In this document: positions 48,594-57,143 of the stretch, one piece after another | How the letters are laid out: every line of letters starts with the position of its first letter | Position numbering within the stretch: position 1 is the first letter of the stretch | NCBI GenBank assembly: GCA_965208575.1 | Contig: CBDBOV010000005.1 | Coordinates: forward strand, 896,001 to 960,000 | DNA from: Spirochaetia bacterium | Lineage (GTDB): Bacteria; Spirochaetota; Spirochaetia; SZUA-6; Bin103 | DNA length: 64,000 nucleotides | Direction of reading: 5' to 3' | Program-made: the position numbers and the translations under genes | The notes under the pieces: model-generated | What the model was told of the DNA's origin: nothing | What the model saw: the letters and a program-made list of their open reading frames with translations, nothing else | The model's database searches: none

Positions 48594-48841
48594 CGTCCCT
48601 GCGCAGGCCCCGCGTCACGATCAGCGGCGGCGAGAATCCGACGGCGCGCCTCCGCCCACGGGACCGTCTTGGCGATCCCGTTATCCAGCCGGTGCAGGCG
48701 CCGCTGAATCTCGACGGACCACGCCGCTTCGACATCTTCGTCGATTTGTGGGTCGAGGCTCTCGATCAACTGCCCAGCGAGCGCGCCGCGTTCCTCGGCA
48801 GAGAGCTGGAGTGCTTGGGCGAGCAACTGCCTGTGGTTCAT
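48575..48841 (-). CDS. Putative addiction-module antitoxin (TIGR02574-like), no adjacent toxin
   Basis: ALQLSAEERGALAGQLIESLD…AAWSVEIQRR…G…VPWAEARRRI. Confidence 0.8.
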   Translation of the reverse strand: MNHRQLLAQALQLSAEERGALAGQLIESLDPQIDEDVEAAWSVEIQRRLHRLDNGIAKTVPWAEARRRILAAADRDAGPAQGRQSTGT

Positions 48842-48921
48842 CGCAACAAGATTAGCACGCAAACCCGCTGACCGTCCGAGTCTCCAGATTCACCGCCAGC
48901 CGATCCCTCTTCACCGCCCTT

Positions 48922-49848
48922 CTATCCCGGCTTGGCGGCGGCGCCGAGGCGGCCGGTACCGCCCCGGAGGCGGGGATCGAGCAGGTCGCGCACCGCGTCG
49001 CCGAGCATGTTGAGGCCGTACACCGTTACGGTCAGGCACAGGCCCGGCAGCAGCGCCAGGTGCGGCGCCAGCTCCATGTAGCTGCGCCCCTCGCGGCTGA
49101 GCATGTCGCCCCAGCTCGGAATCTCGCGCGGCAGGCCGAAGCCGAGGAAGCTCAGCGACGCCTCGCTGATGATCACCCCGCCGATGTTGATGCTGAAGAT
49201 GATGATGATGAGCGGGGTGGTGTTGGGCAGGACATGGCGGAACAGCGTGCGCGCCTTCGAGGAGCCGACCGACTCCGCCGCCTGAAAGTAGGCGCTCTCC
49301 TTGATGCCGATGACCGCGCCCCTGATGATCCGGGAGCCGGGGATGCCGCCGGCTACCCCCAGCACCACGATGGTCTGCGCCAGGCCCTGACCGACCACGG
49401 ACATGATGGTGAGCAGCAGGAGCAGGCCCGGGAACGCGATCCACGCATCCACGAAGCGCTGCACCATCAGGTCCACCTTGCCGCCCAGGAACCCGGAGGT
49501 GCCGCCGATCAGGAACGCCACCGCAATGTTGATCGCGGTGGCGGACAGACCCACCGCCAGCGACAGGCGGGCGCCGAAGATGAGGCGGCTCAACAGGTCG
49601 CGGCCCACCTGGTCGGTACCGAGCAGATACTGCGCCGACGGCCCCTGCAGCCGGTCCGCCAGGTGCACTTCATCGAACGGGTAGGGGGAGATGACGTCGG
49701 CAAACAGGGCGACGGCGATCAGCAGCAGCACGATGGCGCCGCCGACCACGCCGAGCGGCTTCTCGCGCACCAGCCGGACCACGAACTGGACGGGCCGGCT
49801 GCGCCGTCCAAGCCGGGCCGCCGCCGGCCGCGCCCCCGGCTCAGCCAT
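48922..49848 (-). CDS. DppC-like ABC permease
   Basis: LGTDQVGRDLLSR, EASLSFLGFG, NMLGDAVRDLLDPR. Confidence 0.92.
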   Translation of the reverse strand: MAEPGARPAAARLGRRSRPVQFVVRLVREKPLGVVGGAIVLLLIAVALFADVISPYPFDEVHLADRLQGPSAQYLLGTDQVGRDLLSRLIFGARLSLAVGLSATAINIAVAFLIGGTSGFLGGKVDLMVQRFVDAWIAFPGLLLLLTIMSVVGQGLAQTIVVLGVAGGIPGSRIIRGAVIGIKESAYFQAAESVGSSKARTLFRHVLPNTTPLIIIIFSINIGGVIISEASLSFLGFGLPREIPSWGDMLSREGRSYMELAPHLALLPGLCLTVTVYGLNMLGDAVRDLLDPRLRGGTGRLGAAAKPG

Positions 49849-50794
49849 GGCGGACCCGCGGATCCAGGTACGGATAGATCAGGTCGATCAGCAGGTTGAA
49901 CACCGCCACCGCGACCGCAAAGAACAGGTTCACCGCCGAGATCACCGGGTAGTCGCGTTCCTGGAGGGCGGTCACCATCAGCCGGCCGAGCCCCGGCAGG
50001 TTGAAGATGTTCTCCATGATCACCGACCCGCCCACCAGCAGCGGCAGCGACAAGCCGATGCCGGTCACCACCGGGATCATGGCGTTCTTGACCGCGTGCC
50101 TGACCACCACGAGCCGCTCCTTGAGCCCCTTGGCCCAGGCGGTCCTGATGTAGTCCTGCCGCAGCACCTCCAGCATCATGGTGCGCGTCAGCCGCATCGT
50201 GTGCGCCGACATCGCGGTGCCCAGGATCAGGGCGGGGACGAGCAGAATGCCGAGGTTCGCCGACGGATCTTCGGCCAGCGGAACGTACTCCAGCGGCGGA
50301 GTCCAGCCCCACCAGATCGCCGGGTAGATCATCACCATGGTGCCCAGCCAGAAGTTGGGCGTGGCCAGGCCGATCACGGCAACGCTGCGTCCCACGAAGT
50401 CACCCAACTGGTCCTGGCGAATCGCCGAGTAGACGCCGACCGGCAGCGCAATCACCAGCGCAATCGCAATCGACAGAAGGCCGAGCTCCGCGGTTACCGG
50501 CAACTTGGCCAGGATCCGCTCTTCTATCGGAGCAGCTCCCCCAAACAGTGACTCGCCAAAGGTGCCGCGCAGGAGAATCCCGCTGATCCAGCGGCCGTAC
50601 TGTACGTGCAGCGGTACGTCGAGTCCGAGACTGCGCAGCAGCTCTTCACGGTCGATGTCGAACAACTCCAGCCTGATCACCATCGCATCGATGGCATCGC
50701 CGGGAATGAAGCGCACCGTGAGAAACACGATCATCGTCAGGATGAGCAAGGTTGGGATCATCAGCAGCAGTCGCCTGATCATGTACGCCTTCAT
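49841..50794 (-). CDS. DppB-like ABC permease
   Basis: YMIRRLLL…FIPGD, DYIRTAWAKGLKE, RDYP, LDPRVR. Confidence 0.92.
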   Translation of the reverse strand: MKAYMIRRLLLMIPTLLILTMIVFLTVRFIPGDAIDAMVIRLELFDIDREELLRSLGLDVPLHVQYGRWISGILLRGTFGESLFGGAAPIEERILAKLPVTAELGLLSIAIALVIALPVGVYSAIRQDQLGDFVGRSVAVIGLATPNFWLGTMVMIYPAIWWGWTPPLEYVPLAEDPSANLGILLVPALILGTAMSAHTMRLTRTMMLEVLRQDYIRTAWAKGLKERLVVVRHAVKNAMIPVVTGIGLSLPLLVGGSVIMENIFNLPGLGRLMVTALQERDYPVISAVNLFFAVAVAVFNLLIDLIYPYLDPRVRHG

Positions 50795-50813
50795 GCCACT
50801 CCTCTCAACAAAC

Positions 50814-50881
50814 GGGGGCTGGCAAGCTCGCGCCTCCCAGCCCCCTCGCATCCATGGGGCCAGTGCAGGGGCGATGCCCCT
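50814..50881. other. Two intercistronic stem-loops after the SBP gene (possible mRNA-stabilising or partial termination elements)
   Basis: GGGGGCTGG…CCAGCCCCC (50814-50845) and AGGGGC-gat-GCCCCT (50867-50881). Confidence 0.45.
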
Positions 50882-50897
50882 TCTGACCGCCTATTTC

Positions 50898-52697
50898 CTA
50901 GTGTCCCATCTCCTGCTTCAGAGCGGAGTCGATCCAGATGCGGGCGAAGAGCTGCGCGTAACGCTGCTGAAAGCCGAGGAAGTACTCACCGTTGTAGCCC
51001 ACCACCCATGGATGTACCGCATTGAATGCCGGCACTTTGAAGAACCAGATGTGATACTGGTTCGCAATCACATTCTGGTCGGCCTCCTTGATCAGCCGTT
51101 GCTGCTCCTCCCAGGTCGTTGCCTGCTCGGCGGCTTCGATCAAACTGTCCAGGTGCGGATCCCGAATCCCCGGTTGGTTGTAGCCTCCTTCCGAGTGAGC
51201 CCAGGAGCGCATGACAAGGGTGGGGCTTCTGTCGTAGCCCATGTAGGCCGAGATCATGCCCGATTCGTAGGTATGCTCGCGTATGCTGGCGCCGTGCGCA
51301 GCCCGGTCACTGGGTGTCTGTATCTCAACGTCGACGCCGATCGCCTCCCAATAGGAGGCGGCGATGTCGCTGAGGGCGGGATCGCTGAAGTAGTTTTCAC
51401 TCGCCAGCGTGGTCCGGAATCTCACCCCGTCCTCACCGCGTGGAAGCCCAGCCTCCTCGAGAAGCTGCTCGGCACCCTCGGGATTGTACCTGTAGCCCTC
51501 CTTCACCTCCTCGGGCCACTCGTCGAATGGAATGAAATAGTCCACGGCGCCATCCCCGATCAGGCCCTGTGGTTTCCACTTCGCCCAACCATCGAAGTAG
51601 GAGCCATTGATCGTCTCCAGGTCGAGCGCCATCTGCATCGCCCTGCGCACGCGGATGTCGTCGAATGGCTCCTTGTCGATGTCCATGGCGAAGCTCGTTG
51701 CATTCGAGCGATACGAATACGGCAGGAAGGCCATTTCCGAGTTGGTCTGCGACAGGGCCCTCATCTGGTCGATCGTTATTGCCGTGTCGCCGCTCCAACC
51801 GAGGTAATCGACCTTGCCGGTGCGCAGCGCCGAAATGCGCGTTGCCGCATCTGGCATGATCAGCGCCCTGATCTCATCGACGTAGGGCAGGCGGTTGTCC
51901 GGGAACTTCTCGTCGAAGCCCCAGTAGTTCGCATTCTTGGTCCAGGTGGCGGAGGTGTCCTCGACGTAGCCGGTGAGCTCGAAGGGACCGGTGCCGACCA
52001 GCAGCTTCCAATCGTCGATGCCACCGTGTTCTTCGATTACCTCCGGCGGCATGATGTGATTGGGGTAGTCGTCCAGAAGCGCCGCCAGCGCGGTAAGCTG
52101 CGGTTTGTGCAGCTTGAAGACGACCGTCCAGTCGTCGGTTGCCGTGACCGATTCGATCGGCAGTGTCTTGTACTGGCTGATGGGTCCGGCTTCGGCCCAC
52201 TTGCCCAGTCCCAGGTAGCGGTGGAAGTTGTAGACGATGTCATCGGGGGTCAGCTCGCGACCGTTCATCGGCTCCTTGTCGTGCCAGTGCACGCCCCTGC
52301 GGATGGGGAAGATGATCGTGGTCTCGTCGGGCTGTTCCCAGCCCTCGGCCAGTTGCCCTCGCATCGCCCACACCGGTGTCGGGCGGCTCTTGTGGTTGTA
52401 GACGCTCCGCTCGATCCCCCAGTCCGCAATCGACAGCATCTCCGTGACGCCGCCCTGTATCGGGTCGCCGTGGCGAGTGGGATAATTGTCGATCTTGGTC
52501 TGCAGGTTCTGCCAGACGTAAGTGAACGTGCCGCCGTACTCCGGCGCGGATAGCTGCGTGCCGGTGGTGGGGTCGATCACCTACTCCTTCTCGGCTGCTG
52601 CCGCCTGCTCCCCTTCGCCGGTGGCCCACAGGCCGGTTGCGGTCAAGACGAGTACCAGCGCGAGCGCGAAGGTCAGTCGGATTATTGCAACATTCAT
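50898..52697 (-). pseudogene. Family 5 solute-binding protein interrupted by an in-frame TAG at codon 39
   Basis: AAGGAG RBS; MNVAIIRLTFALALVLVLTATGLWATGEGEQAAAAEKE*VIDPTTG…APEYGGT; remainder intact (GQLAEGWEQPD, GTGPF, NRLPYVD). Confidence 0.8.
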
Positions 52698-53511
52698 ACG
52701 TATCTCCTTGTGTCGAGTTTTTTTGACAGTATTGCGGAGCGGATCGCCGCTCCCGGGCTACTATCGAAGCCGCGACGTGGGCTGCCAGGCCGAGACAGAT
52801 TCCTGAAGCGCGCGGCGTGTGACTCAGCGGATTCGCGCCGCGCGCGGGTGTGGTTCTTTGAGTATCTCTCGCGCGTCGCGGGCGCCGGGACAACCGGCAG
52901 TGTGTTCGTTGGCGACCCACAATGTCGCGCAGTCATGCAGCGTAGCCTGCGGAGACGTGGGAGAGAGGAAACCGGGGTAAATGCGGCGCAGCGGCGGGAG
53001 GGCGCATGCAGTGCGTTGGAGCGCGCATTGAAGGAATTTCAAGCGGCGCGACGGGACAAGATGCCGCGGTTTTGAGGCCCGGGATTCAGGACCGTTGCAG
53101 CGACTGGTGAACGAACGGGGACTGAGGCGGCACCACAGGTAGCGTGCCGCACCCCGGATGCTGAAGGCGAATGCCGCACCGCCAGGGCGCTCATACGGAG
53201 CGCCTAATAGTTTATCATATAAAGATTCATGCTCGTAGCGGCGAGGCGGGGCGGCGTCATTGCCGCGCCGTTGGTTGGACAGTCGGTCGTGATGGCGCAT
53301 GATCAGCATCCGTTTAGTCCGTGACTTGCGTATCGTTTCACGCCCGCCCCGAGGTGTCAAGCGCGCGCAGACTCGATTGGACGCGACCAACCGACCGTCG
53401 TCTTCCGTGCCGCGGAGTGACTGTGCCGACCGTGCGACCGTGCCGGCTCCGTTGCGCGTCGCACCCTGGAGACGATAGAGTTGGTGCCGGAGCCTGCCTC
53501 GGGCCATAAGA

Positions 53512-55269
53512 GTGAGCACGCCACCCACGCACCAGCGCATTCCCTACGGCGAGGCCGACTTCAGGCGCATCCGCCTGAACCGGTGGCTGTACGTCGACAA
53601 GACCCGCTTCCTGCGGCGCCTGGAGGAGGAGCGCTACGCCTTCCTGATCCGCCCGCGCCGGTTCGGCAAGTCGCTTTGGGTGTCGCTGCTGGAGAACTAC
53701 TACGACCGCTTCTGGGCGGACGACTTCGAGGCCACCTTCGCCGGCACCGACATCGGGCGGGAGCCGACCGGGGAACAGAGCCGCTACGTCACCCTGCGCT
53801 TCAACTTCTCGGCGGTCAACGACAAGCTGGAAACGCTGGAGCGGGAGTTCGAGACCTACTGCATGATCGAGCTCAGAGGCAGGCTGCGGCGCCATCCCGA
53901 CCTGTTTCCGGAAGCGGCGGTGCGGGACATCCTCGCGCCGGCCTCGATCTCCACCAAGCTGACCGAGCTGTTCCAATACGCGGGCGACCATGACATCTCG
54001 CTGTACGTGCTGATCGACGAGTACGACAACTTCGCCAACACCGTGCTCGCGTACCACGGCGCGGAGGCGTACCACTCGTTCACCCACGGCGGCGGCTTCT
54101 ACCGCAACTTCTTCGCCACCCTGAAGTCCGGCGCCGACCGCAGCGGCGGCGGCCTGGAGCGGCTGTTCATCACCGGCGTGTCGCCGATCACCATGGACGA
54201 CGTCACCAGCGGCTTCAACATCGGCACCAACATCAGCCTGGAGCCCGACTTCAACGAGATGGTCGGCTTCACCGAGGCGGAGGTGCGGCGCCTGGTGGAG
54301 ACCTACCGGAACCTGGGCGTGTTCAACCAGGACCCCGCGACCGCCATGGGCATCATGGGCGAGTGGTACAATGGCTACCGCTTCGCCACAACCGCCGACA
54401 CAGATCTGTACAACTCCGACATGGTGCTCTATTACCTGAAGCACTCGATGCCCAACCGTGACGTGCCGGAGTACCTGATCGACACCAACGTGCGCATCGA
54501 CTACGGCAAGCTGCGCCACCTGCTGGTGACCGGGCGGCAACTCAACGGCAACTTCGACCTGCTGCGCGACGTGATCGGCGAGGAGCAGGTGGACACCCGA
54601 ATCCAGCCCGGCTTTCCGCTCAAGGACCTCACCAAGCGGGAGAACTTCCTGTCCCTGATGCACTACTTCGGGCTGCTGAGCATCCGTGTCGTGCAGGGGG
54701 TGATGCCGCGGCTGGCGATCCCGAATCAGACCGTGAAGCGGCTGATGTATGGCTACCTGCGCGACGCCTACCGCGACGTGGAGGTGTTTTCGGTCGACCT
54801 GTTCCGGTTCGAGCAGTTGATGCTTCGGATGGCGACCGAGGGCGAATGGCGGCCCGTGTTGGAGTTCCTGAGCGAGGCGATCGCGCGGCAGACGGGAATC
54901 CGCGACTACATCGCCGGCGAGAAGGTAATACAGGGCTTTCTGGCGGCCTACCTGAGCGTGGCCGACTACTACGTGTTCCGCTCGGAGGCGGAACTGGGCA
55001 AGGGCCATGCGGACATTGCGCTGGAGCCGCTGGTGGCCCGCTACCCGCAACTGCAACGCGGCTACCTGATCGAGCTGAAGTATCGTGCGCGTTCCGAGTT
55101 GGCGGATCAGGCCGCGGTCACGACGGTGGTCGAGGAGGCGCAGGCGCAGCTCCTGCGGTACTTGGCGGACGAGCGGCTGGCGCGGCAGTTCCCGGGGGTG
55201 CGCTTCACCGGTTTGATCGTGGTGTTCCACGGCTGGGAGCTGGTGCACTGCGACGCCGTGCGGCGGTGA
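53512..55269 (+). CDS. AAA-ATPase-like protein with C-terminal PD-(D/E)XK nuclease domain (DUF1703 type)
   Basis: IPYG.ADF, YVDKTRF, RPRRFGKSL, LIDEYDNF, FITGVSP, YNGYRF, IPN, E.ELGKGHADI…LIELKY…AQAQL..Y. Confidence 0.88.
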   Translation: MSTPPTHQRIPYGEADFRRIRLNRWLYVDKTRFLRRLEEERYAFLIRPRRFGKSLWVSLLENYYDRFWADDFEATFAGTDIGREPTGEQSRYVTLRFNFSAVNDKLETLEREFETYCMIELRGRLRRHPDLFPEAAVRDILAPASISTKLTELFQYAGDHDISLYVLIDEYDNFANTVLAYHGAEAYHSFTHGGGFYRNFFATLKSGADRSGGGLERLFITGVSPITMDDVTSGFNIGTNISLEPDFNEMVGFTEAEVRRLVETYRNLGVFNQDPATAMGIMGEWYNGYRFATTADTDLYNSDMVLYYLKHSMPNRDVPEYLIDTNVRIDYGKLRHLLVTGRQLNGNFDLLRDVIGEEQVDTRIQPGFPLKDLTKRENFLSLMHYFGLLSIRVVQGVMPRLAIPNQTVKRLMYGYLRDAYRDVEVFSVDLFRFEQLMLRMATEGEWRPVLEFLSEAIARQTGIRDYIAGEKVIQGFLAAYLSVADYYVFRSEAELGKGHADIALEPLVARYPQLQRGYLIELKYRARSELADQAAVTTVVEEAQAQLLRYLADERLARQFPGVRFTGLIVVFHGWELVHCDAVRR

Positions 55270-55550
55270 CCGCGCCGCCTCGCCCTGCTCGGACTCCGGC
55301 CACTCCCCACCGTTTGTTCACGCGCCGCGCGCGGCTGTCCGCCTCACAACCGGCGGTCAGCGGGCTGCTCCATACCGATGCAGCGCGATGGGCGCCGAGA
55401 CGTCCGCTGCCGCGCAACCGCGGGTCGAGCAGGTCGCGTACGGCGGCACCGCTGGAGAACCCTCGTCAAACATAACCTCCGTATGTTCGAGTATTTGACC
55501 ATCCTTGCACCGCCACGGCACGCTGTCGAACAACGCGGAGGTCAAATCCC

Positions 55551-55595
55551 ATGTGCAGGATCGGGCAACCTGAGTTGGACCGCACTGCCCGCGTA
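55551..55595 (+). repeat. Diverged duplicate of the 5' end of the DegT-family gene, with its own RBS
   Basis: ATGTGCAGGATCGGGCAACCTGAGTTGGACCGCAC versus ATGTATAGGATCGGGAAACCTGAGCTGGACCGCAT, 85 bp apart. Confidence 0.8.
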
Positions 55596-55635
55596 GACGA
55601 CGCGCGGGTCATCGCAAGCGAGGAGGCTACGTCTG

Positions 55636-56829
55636 ATGTATAGGATCGGGAAACCTGAGCTGGACCGCATTGCAGCCGTGTTCGCCGGCGGGAACCTGTT
55701 CCGCTACCTGGCGGAGGGCGGCGGCGAGTGTGCACGGTTCGAGACGCGCTATGCGCGCCGGCTTGGCGTGCGGCATTGCGTGATGACGGCCAGCGGCACC
55801 AGTGCGCTGACCGCGGCGCTGATGGGGGCCGGCGTCGGCCCGGGCGACGAAGTGATCGTGCCGGCGTGCACCTACATGGCCACGCCGATAGCGGTCCTGG
55901 CCGCCGGTGCGATCCCGGTGATCGTCGACATAGACGAGAGCCTCGGCATGAGCCCGGAGGCGCTGCGGGACGGCATCGGAGCGCGCACCCGGGCGGTGAT
56001 CCCGGTGCACATGTGGGGCCTGCCGTGCGATATGGATGCTATCATGGCGGTCGCCGCCGAGCGCGGCCTGCTGGTAATCGAAGACGCCTGCCAGGCGGTC
56101 GGCGGCGCCTACGAGGGCAGAATGCTCGGCTCCATCGGCCACGCCGGCGCGTTCAGCTTCAACTACTACAAGAACATGAGTTGCGGCGAAGGCGGCGCGG
56201 TGGTAACCGGCGACGACTCGTTGGCCGAGCGCATCGGCTGCGCGGTCGATCCGTGCCGGTTCTACTGGGACGGACGCAGCGGCAGCTTCGCCGGCTACGT
56301 GGCAAACGGCGCGCGGGCGTCGGAGATCGAGGGGGCAATCATGAACTGCCAGCTCGACCGCCTGGACGGCATGATCGCCGCCATGCGCGCCCAGAAGCGG
56401 AGGATTGTCCGGGAGACCGCGGCCCGCGGCCTGTCGGCGAACCCGGGCAACAGCCCCGCCTGGGAGTGCGGCAGCCACGCCGCCGTCCTGCTGCCGACGG
56501 CGGCGGCGGCCGATGCGCTGGCGGCAGCGGCCGACGGTTTCGTGGCGCTGAACACCGGGCGTCACGTGTACACCGAATGGGACCCGGTGCTGCAGCACCG
56601 CGGCGCCCACCACCAGGCGCTGAACCCCTTCGAGCTGGAGCAGAACCGCGGCTGCCGCATGCACTACTCGAAGGAGATGTGCCGCCGCTCGCTGGACATC
56701 CTCGCCAGGACCGTGCTCATCCGCACCCATCCGGACTACTCGGACGACGAGGTAGCCCACCTCATCGCCCGGATCACCGCCGCCACGGACGCGCTGACCA
56801 CCGACCCCGCCGCCCTCCGGGTCCGGTAG
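55636..56829 (+). CDS. DegT/DnrJ/EryC1/StrS PLP-dependent aminotransferase
   Basis: SGTSALTAAL, GPGDEVIVP, PVHMWG, EDACQA, FSFNYYKNMSCGEGG. Confidence 0.92.
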   Translation: MYRIGKPELDRIAAVFAGGNLFRYLAEGGGECARFETRYARRLGVRHCVMTASGTSALTAALMGAGVGPGDEVIVPACTYMATPIAVLAAGAIPVIVDIDESLGMSPEALRDGIGARTRAVIPVHMWGLPCDMDAIMAVAAERGLLVIEDACQAVGGAYEGRMLGSIGHAGAFSFNYYKNMSCGEGGAVVTGDDSLAERIGCAVDPCRFYWDGRSGSFAGYVANGARASEIEGAIMNCQLDRLDGMIAAMRAQKRRIVRETAARGLSANPGNSPAWECGSHAAVLLPTAAAADALAAAADGFVALNTGRHVYTEWDPVLQHRGAHHQALNPFELEQNRGCRMHYSKEMCRRSLDILARTVLIRTHPDYSDDEVAHLIARITAATDALTTDPAALRVR

Positions 56830-56849
56830 AAGTACTTGGGAGAATATAC

Positions 56850-57143
56850 ATGTCTGCTTATCAGTTTATTTTGCTTGTAGAGGGCCCGGATCTGCAGACC
56901 GACCATGGGATTGACGCTCTGTATGAAGCGGGTTGCAACGATGCTCTCGTCGGTCGCACCGACGGGATGCAGTACCTTGACTTCGACCGGGAGGCGCCGA
57001 ATCCGGCGACGGCAATTGCGTCCGCGATTGCGAACGTCGAGCGCCTCCCGGACGTCGCGGTGATCCGGCTCGCTGGCGGCGGGGTTGTTTCCATGGTTGA
57101 CGGATCCCAACTGGGGGAGAGGTTCGATGACCGGTCCACATAG
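56850..57143 (+). pseudogene. Truncated HicB-like/DNA-binding regulator N-terminal domain
   Basis: YQFILLVEGPDL…DALYEAGCNDALVG…LDFDREA…AIASAIANVE; stops where an HTH would be expected to begin (VVSMVD); lower GC. Confidence 0.5.

Noticed and set aside
52581-52583. Genome-wide TAG reassignment
   Set aside because: Many intact genes here end at TAG at the expected family C-terminus (e.g. 2120, 4011, 11568, 13808, 58755).
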